Origin: a virus
Direction: 5' to 3' (one strand)
Length of the DNA: 64,000 nt
Virus record (IMG/VR): IMGVR_UViG_3300029922_000013
Coordinates: 32,001-96,000 of that record
Part shown: in pieces, positions 48,201-57,174 of the stretch
Layout of the letters: every line of letters begins with the position of its first letter
Numbering within the stretch: the stretch's first letter is position 1
Notes under the pieces: generated by a model
What the model was told of the DNA's origin: nothing
What the model saw: the letters and a program-made list of their open reading frames with translations, nothing else
Databases searched by the model: none
Made by a program: the position numbers and the translations under genes

Positions 48201-48816
48201 GTCTTTAATAGAAAAATTAAAGGCGTACGAAGATGCTGTTGAAGTTAAAAAATTCCAGGATAGTAAAACTAAAGCAGATAAGACGGGGAAGAAAATTAGA
48301 GCTTTACAGCCCAAAGAGGGCACTGTACCAGAAAAGTATATTAACTTAGATCCACTTATCGATGCTGCTTTGAAAAAAGCAACTCTCCCCACAATCCCTA
48401 TAGATTTGCATACTCTGGGGGCTAAACATAGTAAAATTGCAGATAAAAACTCATCTTCACCCAAAGTGTATGATTCGGTTTGGGACAGGTCAATTTTTTT
48501 AGTTGATGGATCAACCATTGAAAAATTGGATCACTTGAAGGGTTATCAAGTTGAAAAAGATGTCTATGTTGCCGTCACATGCTATATAATCGAAGCTAAG
48601 GAATTTTCCTATTCCAAAGGTACTAAAAGAGCGTTGAAGCTAATCGTAGATTGTGGTAATTACATCTGTGAAAAAGTCCAGTGGCCCGACTACAATACTG
48701 GAGAATTAAGCTATGAAATTGGAGTCAAAAAGGGCGCTATTTGTACGATATTTATGCGTAAAAAAGCAGGGAAAGATGGCGAAATGAATGTCACCAGATT
48801 AGTTGTAGAAGTTTAG
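45265..48816 (+). CDS. dnaE: DNA polymerase III alpha subunit
   Basis: PHP (HTH..S, TDHG, PILGLE), GRGSAGGSL, PDIDTD, KHA, KYDFL, RPGP, YQE, FGRYGF..H. Confidence 0.95.
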   Translation: MKVSPHTHVESFLTASNLDTFIERAVALKRSYFSCTDHGYLYSSFKAYKQAKEAKLKPILGLEFYFKDPMCPATSGTRADRCSYYSATVYCEDQEAYQALCKLVSRTDFQTIEVREESQNLFTWADLELLSKYNTNLVLGGPHCIVGKAYLASSAEIGLKVFNELRSLFEDRLYVAMICEPWDKKYARVIKIKYTDGTSDSIMGSDIVSTDKARKIKASDLIERSGHSVIVSKVVGGMFTKVDKDIDTVKLHTGYLPLPCDVTLKINKFLKLLADRYNVPVLASDYAYYAHKEDKVVQHVVLEGKDKIRANQHMRTEEEIYHYLYNKLNLSQEEAAKVLANNDKWASLFDNFKLEYQWRLADPGGDPLKKAMDIIKRNGRMRWDDPVYVDRLRTEIKVIAKNGIKDLTPYFLPIVEILDHYTEQKQLTSVGRGSAGGSLFCYLLGITNIDPIRYNLPFSRFFSKTRIEMKKLPDIDTDLPQKITLIGEDGNSGFLYKRWGNCAGHISTRQTVRLRSSIKDADRYLNGKVSQDIERLTAGLPLPPQLVSDKNFVFGYENEEEGGEHIPGLVDTNEDLQKYIKDRPKDWNIVSKALGITRAFGKHACAQVLSDIPLDQIIPLKEGYITHYTHKEAEAAGLVKYDFLTISQLLDIQVCLELINKKNGDDFQPGYFTHNGVKTYIWDLPEDLLTYKSIWSGNTVSLFQINSKGMSDLAQKIKPTRLEDLASILALERPGPKDYIDPVTGLNMVEEYVLRRNGESEPDIKELAEILPDTYGTLCYQEDLGKVAKLLAGFSDEDAELLRESMAKKNMPKLTKIKPSFIAGAVKKVSLETAEKIWEQMVTFGRYGFSIIHSYEYAMVTYACMFLRHNYELAWWSAVLSNAQEKEITGKFWPHVKNLVAPPDINLSTDTMVPDYANHKIRAKLGVIRGIGDATIDPIVANRPYKDIQDFVDKDVAGRTLAHKLVHVGILDSLFKPNMSLIEKLKAYEDAVEVKKFQDSKTKADKTGKKIRALQPKEGTVPEKYINLDPLIDAALKKATLPTIPIDLHTLGAKHSKIADKNSSSPKVYDSVWDRSIFLVDGSTIEKLDHLKGYQVEKDVYVAVTCYIIEAKEFSYSKGTKRALKLIVDCGNYICEKVQWPDYNTGELSYEIGVKKGAICTIFMRKKAGKDGEMNVTRLVVEV

Positions 48817-48860
48817 GATTTATATTGACAAACTCAAAATAGGTGTGTTAAAGTGTGAAT

Positions 48861-49568
48861 ATGAGATTTGCAATTTTCTTGTTGTTTCTTCTTATAACAC
48901 CAGCTATAGCTAAGGTTTATAAAGACCCCGTTAAAGTTGCTTTGGTTGATACCGGTCTTGATTTGAATGATCCTCGTCTTAAAGATCACTTGTGTCTTAC
49001 CGGACACAAAGATTTTACTGGAGATGGATTGAGAGATACGAATGGTCACGGAACTCACCTTGCCGGGCTAATACAGCAATATGCTGGCGAAGGTAACTAT
49101 TGTCTGTTAATTTATAAGTATTACTCTAGCAATGCGGACGGCTATACTAATTTAACGAACGAAATTAGAAGCTTCCGTGAAGCCATTAAAAATGGCGCTA
49201 CTTTGATAAATCTTTCAGGAGGTGGCCCAAGTTTTAGTAGGCAAGAATACAATGTCATTCACGACAATCAAAAAGTAACCTTCATTGTGGCTGCTGGAAA
49301 TGAAGGGGAAAACATAGAAACTCAAGAAGGTGGCTTTTATCCTGCCTCATTCTTCTTAAAGAATGAGATAATTGTTGGTAATCTAGATAAAGATGGATAC
49401 AGGGCTCCATCATCTAATTGGGCCTACAACCAAATTTCATGGGAAATAGGTCAGAATGTTTTGTCTGATCTTCCCGACGATACAATGGGGCGCATGTCTG
49501 GAACATCTCAAGCCACTGCAATCCATACAGGTAAGATACTAAAAAGGATTCTACATGGAACAAACTAA
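48861..49568 (+). CDS. Subtilisin-like (S8) serine protease with signal peptide
   Basis: VALVDTG, HGTHLAG, AAGN, GTSQAT; hydrophobic N-terminus ending AIA. Confidence 0.85.
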   Translation: MRFAIFLLFLLITPAIAKVYKDPVKVALVDTGLDLNDPRLKDHLCLTGHKDFTGDGLRDTNGHGTHLAGLIQQYAGEGNYCLLIYKYYSSNADGYTNLTNEIRSFREAIKNGATLINLSGGGPSFSRQEYNVIHDNQKVTFIVAAGNEGENIETQEGGFYPASFFLKNEIIVGNLDKDGYRAPSSNWAYNQISWEIGQNVLSDLPDDTMGRMSGTSQATAIHTGKILKRILHGTN

Positions 49569-49800
49569 CCCATTTCAAAATAAGATCACTAAAACTAAAA
49601 AATTAGGCAAGGAAGCTTTTTTACAGGTAAGTATTAATGAAATATCTAAGCGGATTTTTGTTGACTTCTCATCTGTAGATGGTAAGATTAAAGTACAAAA
49701 GACATTTCAGAATAATTTTGAAGGTAAAAAAGAAGCAAAAGAGTTTGAAAAAAAGTTTAAGTCTATTAATGATCTCAAAAAGTATTTTGGCATAAAATGA
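49555..49800 (+). CDS. Hypothetical protein
   Basis: 81 aa, coupled. Confidence 0.6.
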   Translation: MEQTNPFQNKITKTKKLGKEAFLQVSINEISKRIFVDFSSVDGKIKVQKTFQNNFEGKKEAKEFEKKFKSINDLKKYFGIK

Positions 49801-50177
49801 AATATAAAAATATCGTTGTTTATGTAGACGGAGTGGACTATGAGCATGAAATTGGGGAAGCTTCAGATGGCAATAAGATTTTTCCCAGCATAAAAGCCCT
49901 CCAAGAAAACAACCGCTGCTGGGAAGGTTGCGGTGTGGTTAAGTGTGAGCTAGTGTTTAAGGAATGGGTTATCGAGTCCGATTATAGCGAAATGTTTAAA
50001 AATAGTAAACAGTATTCTTTAAAAGATATTCAGGAGAATCCTGAAATAATCAGACTGGAATCAGCCAAAAAAAGACTCACTTATTTAGAAGGATTAGTAG
50101 CTGGGGCAAAAGCAGAAATAAAAGTACGTAAAAAGTTGGTAGATAAAACAAAGGAGAAAAAGAATGTCGTTGAATAA
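49797..50177 (+). CDS. Hypothetical protein
   Basis: 126 aa, coupled. Confidence 0.6.
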   Translation: MKYKNIVVYVDGVDYEHEIGEASDGNKIFPSIKALQENNRCWEGCGVVKCELVFKEWVIESDYSEMFKNSKQYSLKDIQENPEIIRLESAKKRLTYLEGLVAGAKAEIKVRKKLVDKTKEKKNVVE

Positions 50178-50940
50178 AGTTCTAGAAGAAATTAAGAAAG
50201 TTAAGCCTCTCGTAGATGAGGACATTTCTGTAGGACCCAGAGAAACGTATGCTGGCCGTGAAGGAAGGCAGAGAAATGCTAAGGAAAGACTTAAAGGTCT
50301 TAAGGAACAGTATGTAGATGAATTGCGAACATCTGCAGCTTTCATTCTTGTGTCCGGCACACAAAAGGATAAGTTCTCAGATTTGGCCACACTAGAATTC
50401 AAGTGTTTCAGCGCTGACCCAGAAGGGTTCTATAAGGAACTTGCAAATAGGCTTCCAGAAGAACTTTATAAAAACAAAACGCCAGCAGCCACCCTGTTCG
50501 ATATCATGGGGCGCCATCTGGAAGATAAGGCCAGCGAAATGCAAATTGTTGGATATCCACAACTGATTATGAAGCAGCAATACCAACGTGCTCTTAGCGA
50601 CAAGAAAGACTTCGTGGCTTTAGTAAAACAAGCTATTAATGAGCAGGTAGGCTCTGAAATTGCTGGTATTCATGCTGTAAGGTCTATAGTTGATTTTGCA
50701 ATTAGTTCTGATCATGGGTCTAAGATCACCCCCATTGTCATGGTAACAGATGATGAATCGTTAGCACTAGATTTGTATCAAACACTGGGAAGAATTGGCT
50801 CCAGAGCGTTTTTGGTTGTAGCAGGCAAAGAAGCTAAAACCATTAAATCTAAAGAAGGAGTTTTTGTCGTTAAGGAGGTAACGAAAGAAAACGTAGAAAA
50901 TGCATTGACAAATATAAAATCACTATGTAAGAATAAATGA
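50164..50940 (+). CDS. Hypothetical protein
   Basis: 258 aa; AGGAG RBS. Confidence 0.7.
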   Translation: MSLNKVLEEIKKVKPLVDEDISVGPRETYAGREGRQRNAKERLKGLKEQYVDELRTSAAFILVSGTQKDKFSDLATLEFKCFSADPEGFYKELANRLPEELYKNKTPAATLFDIMGRHLEDKASEMQIVGYPQLIMKQQYQRALSDKKDFVALVKQAINEQVGSEIAGIHAVRSIVDFAISSDHGSKITPIVMVTDDESLALDLYQTLGRIGSRAFLVVAGKEAKTIKSKEGVFVVKEVTKENVENALTNIKSLCKNK

Positions 50941-50987
50941 TTGATGAAATTGAAAGAATATCTAAAATAAAAAGGGAAAGAAATAAC

Positions 50988-51962
50988 ATGTCTTTAAAAA
51001 TTGGTAAAGCTCGTTTTGGTGGCGGAACTCAACGTAAATATTTTAAGCTTAAGGAAGGCGATCAAGCCTTCCGAATTCTGCCTCCACTCGGTGATTTGGC
51101 AGATTCTGGGCGCTGGTCTGTTTTTTACAACGTCCATTACGGGTATAAGACCACTGATGGTAAGCAAAAGCCATTTGTGAGTCCGGAAGTTAAGAATCGT
51201 AAGAATGGTATGATTGAAGTTGCAGATGCCGCTAAGGAACGTATTGAGACTCTTAAGGCAGAACTTGAAAAGGCTAAGAAGTCAGGAAATAAAGCTGCCG
51301 TTGACTTGCTAAATGTGCTGGTTGGCCCTACTGGCATGTACAACCTAGACAATAATCACTACCTTAATGTTCTGGATTCCCAAGGTAATATTGGGGTTTT
51401 GAAGCTTCGCCATAAGGCAAAGCTCGCTTTGGAAGCTCAGATTAAGAATCTGCACGCTCAAAGTGTAGATCCACTGAGTGTAGAAGACGGCCGTTTCTTT
51501 GTCTTTAATCGCACTGGAATGGGCCGCGATACTACGTTCGCCGTCAGCATTCTCAAAGAAAAGCTAAATGTGCCGGGTGTCGGTTCAGTAGAACGGGATG
51601 TAGTACATAAGCTTGATAACGATACCCTTAATCGCCTAGAGACGGAAGCAGCTCAGCTGGACAAGCTTTTTAAGCGGTTGACTTCCGAAGAAGTCAAGAG
51701 TGTTGTGGACAGCTCTGAACTGAAAACAGGAACGTCCCCTTATTTGGACAAGATCTTCAATAAAAGTAACGTTTCTGAAGACACTACGGATGACACAGAT
51801 ACCCCTGATGTGACAGAAGAAGTTGCTGCGGCTCCTCCTACGCCGACGCCAACAGCAAGGGTTGCCCTGGTTACACCTAAGGCAGCTCCTGTAAAAACTA
51901 CTGCTCAATCTATTACGGAACAGTCAAATGAAGACTTCATGGCGTCTCTAGAGGCGCTTTAA
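50988..51962 (+). CDS. Single-stranded DNA-binding protein (gp32-like)
   Basis: FKLKEG...FRILPP, GR.F...RTG.G..T, acidic C-terminus ending DFMASLEAL; near RecA. Confidence 0.7.
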   Translation: MSLKIGKARFGGGTQRKYFKLKEGDQAFRILPPLGDLADSGRWSVFYNVHYGYKTTDGKQKPFVSPEVKNRKNGMIEVADAAKERIETLKAELEKAKKSGNKAAVDLLNVLVGPTGMYNLDNNHYLNVLDSQGNIGVLKLRHKAKLALEAQIKNLHAQSVDPLSVEDGRFFVFNRTGMGRDTTFAVSILKEKLNVPGVGSVERDVVHKLDNDTLNRLETEAAQLDKLFKRLTSEEVKSVVDSSELKTGTSPYLDKIFNKSNVSEDTTDDTDTPDVTEEVAAAPPTPTPTARVALVTPKAAPVKTTAQSITEQSNEDFMASLEAL

Positions 51963-52000
51963 AAAAGTTGACTGCGAGCGCAAACGTAGCGATCCGGTCG

Positions 52001-52064
52001 GTGTGTGGGTGCTGAAGGTTGTTCACGGGCTTAATGAGGAATGAAATCCTGCCCACACATTTTT
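52001..52064 (+). ncRNA. Three-way-junction RNA or large-loop terminator
   Basis: 10-bp stem 52001-52010/52051-52060 with two internal hairpins, followed by a U-tract. Confidence 0.45.
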
Positions 52065-52105
52065 CTTGACAAAGCAATATAAGGCATGTCATTATAGGTG
52101 CAAGC

Positions 52106-52642
52106 ATGAATGAAGATAATAGACAAAATCCTAATCAGCACGCTATAACAGTGCCAGCATTTAAAAAATCGCCTCAGCTGCATTTAGATATGACTTTAGT
52201 TAGAGAAGCTGAAACCAGACTAGTAGAAGCTAAAACAGTGAACCCACTAACTTATTCTGATCTTTCTCATACTTTTAATGAAAGCTATCGCATTTTAAAG
52301 ACGCACCTATCTAACGTAGGGTACCAACTGTTACTGGCAGAAAAGGCTCTGGAGGAAGCTAAAGCAGATGTTATCTTGGGCGAGTATATGGAATATCTAA
52401 AAGATAAGCCAAAATCTGCGGGGAGTTCTGAGCTTAGGAATGCTTTTCTTATTAAGAACGCAGAATACAATGCAGCACTAGACAGAATTAATCAACTTAA
52501 AGCTATTCAATCAAATTTTGAAGGTAAGATCAAGGTTCTGGAAAATGTAAATAGATACATGAATCAAAAGATGTATCTAGTTTCGCGTTCAGGTTTAGGT
52601 AATGACAATTTGTATGTAACAAGCGGAAAGAAGGATAAGTAA
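52106..52642 (+). CDS. Coiled-coil protein, possible UvsY-like recombination mediator
   Basis: Helical 178 aa between SSB and RecA. Confidence 0.45.
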   Translation: MNEDNRQNPNQHAITVPAFKKSPQLHLDMTLVREAETRLVEAKTVNPLTYSDLSHTFNESYRILKTHLSNVGYQLLLAEKALEEAKADVILGEYMEYLKDKPKSAGSSELRNAFLIKNAEYNAALDRINQLKAIQSNFEGKIKVLENVNRYMNQKMYLVSRSGLGNDNLYVTSGKKDK

Positions 52643-53734
52643 ATGAGTACCACAGATAAGCCAACCGACGACAAGAAAGACAAAAAGAAGGATAATCCAT
52701 GGCTCAAGCAGCTTAGAGGTTACGATGATGCTGTAGATTACGACTATGATAGTTTTGCACCTGAAAACTGCTTGTACACTCCAAGCCCCTATTTTAATTG
52801 GATTTTTGCAAATAAAGCCAACGGTGTCCCCAAGAACAGTTCCATCTTGTTCTTTTCTGAGCCTAAAGCTGGTAAATCGCTTTCTATCTATGCCATGATC
52901 AAGGAAATGCAGGCTAGAGATCCAGAAGGTATTTCTATCTATTTTAATACCGAAATGCGCGGTCAGCTGCAACACACAGCCATTCCTGGTATTGACCAAA
53001 CTCGTTCATTTATTTATGATACCAACCAGGCCACCGATATCTTTGACCGTGTTGAAGGAGACATCAAGAGCATGGTACAAGACGGAATGCCTCTTCGAAT
53101 GATCGCCATAGACTCCCTAAACGGTATTATGGGTATTAAACGTGGGGATGCCGACTCTGTTGCTAATCATCTAATGGGTGATCAGGCTCTAACCCTTAAG
53201 AACGGATTGGGTAAGTTGATCCCATTCTGCAAGCAGAACAAGATTCTACTCATTGGAACTGCTCAAATGGCAGCTAATCTAGAAGCAGGGTCTTATGGAC
53301 CTAAAGAAAAGATGTCAGCTTCATGGTTCACCAGGCATGCGTTTGAGTACTACATCTCTTTAAAGCGTGCGGGAGCTGCCGAAGATAAGCAAGATATCGA
53401 AGGCAAGACCTTTGAAGAGGAAGACCACAAGGACGCTCGTGGCAACAAACTGCTGAATGGTCACAAAGTCTTTGCCAAGATGGAGCAGTCTTCTATTGGT
53501 CAAGCTGGTCGTGCTGGAGTGTTTACCTTGTCTTATGACAGTGGCATCGTGAATCAGCACGAGGAGATCTTTTGGCTGGCCAAGAATTTGGGAATCCTAA
53601 AAACTGAAAATAATAGAACCTACTTCTATGGCGATCACAAGTTCAACGGTAAAAAAGAAGCCGCTTTTGCTATCCGAGACAACCAGGAATTGGCTAAAGC
53701 TCTTTTAGAAGAAGTTCGCAAGCTAGATAAATAA
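52643..53734 (+). CDS. recA: RecA/UvsX-like recombinase
   Basis: G.P...SEPKAGKS, NTE, IAIDSL, MGDQA, Y.SGI motifs. Confidence 0.85.
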   Translation: MSTTDKPTDDKKDKKKDNPWLKQLRGYDDAVDYDYDSFAPENCLYTPSPYFNWIFANKANGVPKNSSILFFSEPKAGKSLSIYAMIKEMQARDPEGISIYFNTEMRGQLQHTAIPGIDQTRSFIYDTNQATDIFDRVEGDIKSMVQDGMPLRMIAIDSLNGIMGIKRGDADSVANHLMGDQALTLKNGLGKLIPFCKQNKILLIGTAQMAANLEAGSYGPKEKMSASWFTRHAFEYYISLKRAGAAEDKQDIEGKTFEEEDHKDARGNKLLNGHKVFAKMEQSSIGQAGRAGVFTLSYDSGIVNQHEEIFWLAKNLGILKTENNRTYFYGDHKFNGKKEAAFAIRDNQELAKALLEEVRKLDK

Positions 53735-53741
53735 AACACAA

Positions 53742-53814
53742 GGCGGGAAGCTTTTCCTAAATGAAGCCCCTCGTTGAGAGGGAAGAAGTGGGTGTAAGGC
53801 CCACCCCGCCAGCT
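53742..53814 (+). ncRNA. tRNA-like cloverleaf RNA (non-canonical)
   Basis: GGCGGG/CCCGCC acceptor, GCTT/AAGC D-stem, CCCT/AGGG arm, GTGGG-TGTAAGG-CCCAC T-arm; no TTC and no CCA. Confidence 0.55.
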
Positions 53815-53828
53815 AAAAAGAGTGCAAA

Positions 53829-54752
53829 ATGATTAAAGTTGATAGACCTACACCAGATAACAAAAGAATAAATCACAAGGATTCCTTTGAAGAATGCTAC
53901 CTCCGTCATCAGTATATACGTAGAGCTAAACATAACCCCACCATAGACGAAATGAAGCCCTATAATCATATTATAGAGAACTTTGCTAAAAATACCTATT
54001 TTGTGTACAAGAGCCTTTTCATGTTGGTTGGACTAGATTTGGACGATGTTACTAACGCCGCCCAGGTTCACTTGGTTAGCTATTTAGGTTTATTTGCTAT
54101 AGAACGTAAACCAGAAAAGTTGGCAAACTTTAAGCGTACTTTTAGAAGTCATAACTCTATAGTTTGTAAAAAAGAAGACATTCTAAATAAGAATAGAGCA
54201 GACTTCACTTGTTTTTTGAAACAACGCCTAGAGGACATGGTTAGAGTGTGTCGTCAAAAAGCAAGGAATATTAAAGGTTTGCATTCCGAAGAATTCATTG
54301 TTTTTTCAGGCACGAAACAACCCCCTAAAGATATTGAAGATTTGTTGGAGAATCATAGCAAGCACGGGTACAAGTCGTTGGGAACTTCTGCTTTCAAATC
54401 TCTTAAAAAGAAGATGAAAAATAAACAAGAAGGTCCTGTTTATCTAGACGACGGCGTTTGGTACGTTTGTGTGCCGATCAGAAAGAAAACACTGTCTTTT
54501 ACAGATTTTACTTGCAATAATGCAGATCCCTATGATAATCTACACAACATGACTCCCGAAGAAATTTTCGAGCGATCGGAATCAAGAAATTTTTGCAAGG
54601 ATAACTATTCGGAATTTAACTCTATTCCTGACAAGGATAAGATTAAAATTGTTAGATCTTTTGTTGAAGAAAATAAAGAAAATAAGTTTCTTAAAGAAGA
54701 AGTCGATACAGCCAAGAGACTTTTGGAGAATCTAAATGTCACCAACATTTGA
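53829..54752 (+). CDS. Hypothetical protein, possible divergent sigma-region-2-like factor
   Basis: IIENFAK...LDLDDVTNAAQVHL...FTCFLKQRL..MVR. Confidence 0.4.
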   Translation: MIKVDRPTPDNKRINHKDSFEECYLRHQYIRRAKHNPTIDEMKPYNHIIENFAKNTYFVYKSLFMLVGLDLDDVTNAAQVHLVSYLGLFAIERKPEKLANFKRTFRSHNSIVCKKEDILNKNRADFTCFLKQRLEDMVRVCRQKARNIKGLHSEEFIVFSGTKQPPKDIEDLLENHSKHGYKSLGTSAFKSLKKKMKNKQEGPVYLDDGVWYVCVPIRKKTLSFTDFTCNNADPYDNLHNMTPEEIFERSESRNFCKDNYSEFNSIPDKDKIKIVRSFVEENKENKFLKEEVDTAKRLLENLNVTNI

Positions 54753-55266
54753 TGAAATAGTCAGGGCTTGGATACTTTTCTATGACGATCGTTTGCCCAA
54801 GGAAAGAAAAGATCGAATTAAAGCCTTTATAACTTTGTTGATTAATCTAGAGAAACATAGTTATACAAAAGAAGATTTGAATCTTTCAAAAAAAGAAAGA
54901 ATCGTCAGAGCTTGTGTAAATCCTTTCTACAAAAACGCTAAGCTTAAGCCATGGATGGCGCTTAACATGGATCTTTTGGAAAAAGCCATAGATTTACATT
55001 ATCCTGTAATGGAGATTGAAGAAGCCATACTAACTCCTGAACAGGATGCTAAACTCGATAATATGAAACGAAGAGCTGAGGAAACTAAAGCTCTGAGAAC
55101 TGCAGATAATTCTGAGTCCGAATATAATGACGGGACAATTGATTTAGCACAAAGTTTGCCAAATATGGGCGATGAAATAGAGCTTACACAGGAGATGTTA
55201 GACGCTATGGATGGTCCGGACGTAGTCTACGATGAAGATTTCGAAAAGAAATTAGGACTCAAATAG
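54736..55266 (+). CDS. Hypothetical protein
   Basis: 176 aa, acidic C-terminus; before the helicase. Confidence 0.65.
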   Translation: MSPTFDEIVRAWILFYDDRLPKERKDRIKAFITLLINLEKHSYTKEDLNLSKKERIVRACVNPFYKNAKLKPWMALNMDLLEKAIDLHYPVMEIEEAILTPEQDAKLDNMKRRAEETKALRTADNSESEYNDGTIDLAQSLPNMGDEIELTQEMLDAMDGPDVVYDEDFEKKLGLK

Positions 55267-56424
55267 ATGAGTCAAGATGTTAATAAGCCCAAAAGTGAAG
55301 CTCTTCAGAAGTTACAAGAAGTTCTGGAACGAGATAAAGAACTCGATCTAAGAAAAAAAGAACTTCAGGAAAAAAAATTGTTAGTCGAAACCTATAGGTA
55401 TACTAACGAACTTGAAAAAATTACTAAAAATGAAGCCGACGTTAATCGGACAGATAAAGTCAATGTCGGTATAATGTCCGATGAAGAAATCGAAGTCATT
55501 AAAAATAAAAATCGTGCTTATTTAGAAAATGCAAAAAATGGTATGGACTTTCTAAATGCATGCTTTCGTAAACCGGTCCCATGTTGGGCCGGTAATGTTA
55601 TTCTGGTGGGTGGCAGAACCGGAGGTGGCAAATCATCAGCATCTGCCAATTTAATTTACACTACGATTAAACAAGTGAATCTGGTGACAGGTAAAAATCG
55701 GAAGGCTCTTATAATAAGTTGTGAAGAAGACACTCTTCAAGTTTTCAATAGACTTACCTGTCTCGTTCATGGTTGGGATTTTAATAACATTGAAGAATTT
55801 ACAGACGAACAAAAGGAAACACTGATTGAATTTTCTGGTAAATGGCCTAAAATGGGTGTCACTGTTATCGGAAAAGACGACCACGGGAGAACTGATAGTT
55901 TGGAAGGTATTCAGTCAATTTTTCAAAATCTACTGTCCTCTGGAGAACAGTATGACATGATCCTGGTGGATTATATTCAGAAGATTGTAAATAGTAAGAA
56001 ACACATGAACATGCAGCAATTTACAGTCATTAAAGAAGTTATGGGTGTTTTCGATTATTATAAAGATTTGTATCCAGCTGTCATTGTCGTAATGTCTCAG
56101 CTATCTTCTGCTAAGGCAGGAGATCCAGAAAATGAGATGGATTTTCAAGATCGGTTAAGAGGTTGCAAAGACATTATTACACCGTGTACCGTGGCTTTAG
56201 AAATGGTTCCCGACTATCAAAAACTTAGCACTAAGTGGATTATTAGAAAAAATCGTTATAAGGGGCATACCGTAGGTACATTCGTAGAAACAGCCTATGA
56301 TAGGGGTATGTTTAAGCCAATAAATGATCAGTGGCGAAAGGATGTTGCCGATGCCGCAGAAAAAGCTAGTCGTTATAACACCATCGGAAAACTTATTGAA
56401 GAGCCTAAGAAAGAAGAAAAGTGA
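55267..56424 (+). CDS. DnaB-like (SF4) replicative helicase
   Basis: GGRTGGGKS, ISCEE, VDYIQ, MSQL, KNR. Confidence 0.8.
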   Translation: MSQDVNKPKSEALQKLQEVLERDKELDLRKKELQEKKLLVETYRYTNELEKITKNEADVNRTDKVNVGIMSDEEIEVIKNKNRAYLENAKNGMDFLNACFRKPVPCWAGNVILVGGRTGGGKSSASANLIYTTIKQVNLVTGKNRKALIISCEEDTLQVFNRLTCLVHGWDFNNIEEFTDEQKETLIEFSGKWPKMGVTVIGKDDHGRTDSLEGIQSIFQNLLSSGEQYDMILVDYIQKIVNSKKHMNMQQFTVIKEVMGVFDYYKDLYPAVIVVMSQLSSAKAGDPENEMDFQDRLRGCKDIITPCTVALEMVPDYQKLSTKWIIRKNRYKGHTVGTFVETAYDRGMFKPINDQWRKDVADAAEKASRYNTIGKLIEEPKKEEK

Positions 56425-56723
56425 TGGAAATAACTTTTAAAGAAATCGAAATAGTTAAACTTGACTTAAAACCAGGAGATATCTTGTTGGTTAAAGTTAA
56501 AAGCGATGATATAGATGAATCAGTATTAGATCATCTGAAGAAAGGCCTTAAAAGTGCGTTGCCTGGCATAAAGGTGGCTTTATTTGGGATGTCTCTATTA
56601 GATGATATGGATTTTTCCATAGTCAGAGAAGACTCCGTGGAGTGTGGCACTCAAAGTTATTGCACAGATTGTAGTTGTGGTAAGAAAGAGCAAAACGAAG
56701 CAAAGGGAGAAGAAAATGTATAG
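56421..56723 (+). CDS. Hypothetical protein with Cys-rich tail
   Basis: LDLKPGDILLV; YCTDCSCG. Confidence 0.6.
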   Translation: MMEITFKEIEIVKLDLKPGDILLVKVKSDDIDESVLDHLKKGLKSALPGIKVALFGMSLLDDMDFSIVREDSVECGTQSYCTDCSCGKKEQNEAKGEENV

Positions 56724-57129
56724 CAGAGAAACTATCAATGAGCTAAATCAGTTGTCCAAGGATGTGTACGGAGCTTCTAGCAAATGGCGAAAATTGGTCG
56801 AAAGGGGAGAAGTAAGACTTCTTACAGAAGAAGAAGTTCAATACGATTCTGAAGCTAATAATGGGGAGGGTGAAAGAAAAAATATCACGGTACCCGTTAT
56901 TTATCATGGACCTAATGGCGGAAAACTTCGTCAAAGTTATATGCACCGTTATGATGAAAAAACTGTAAAAGAGCATATGCTTAATATTAAAGATCAACGA
57001 GATAAGTTCATGGAAATGATTAAGAAACAGCAAGCAGATGCTCAAGCAGCTGATGTAGCCAAGAAAGTAGAAGAAGCCAACGCGGCTGTAGCAGAGGCTG
57101 TTTCAGCAGTTTCTGGTAGTGCAGTCTGA
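56716..57129 (+). CDS. Hypothetical protein
   Basis: GGGAG RBS before ATG 56716. Confidence 0.65.
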   Translation: MYSRETINELNQLSKDVYGASSKWRKLVERGEVRLLTEEEVQYDSEANNGEGERKNITVPVIYHGPNGGKLRQSYMHRYDEKTVKEHMLNIKDQRDKFMEMIKKQQADAQAADVAKKVEEANAAVAEAVSAVSGSAV

Positions 57130-57174
57130 TATTTAGCTTGACTTATAATTATATTGGGTCTAGGATGGTGACAG

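Noticed and set aside
52010-52050. Hammerhead ribozyme (CTGAAG and TTAATGAG resemble the core)
   Set aside because: No GAAA after stem II and no consistent three-stem core.
53742-53814. Functional tRNA-Gln(TTG)
   Set aside because: Lacks U8, D-loop GG, U33, TTC T-loop and CCA; kept only as tRNA-like.
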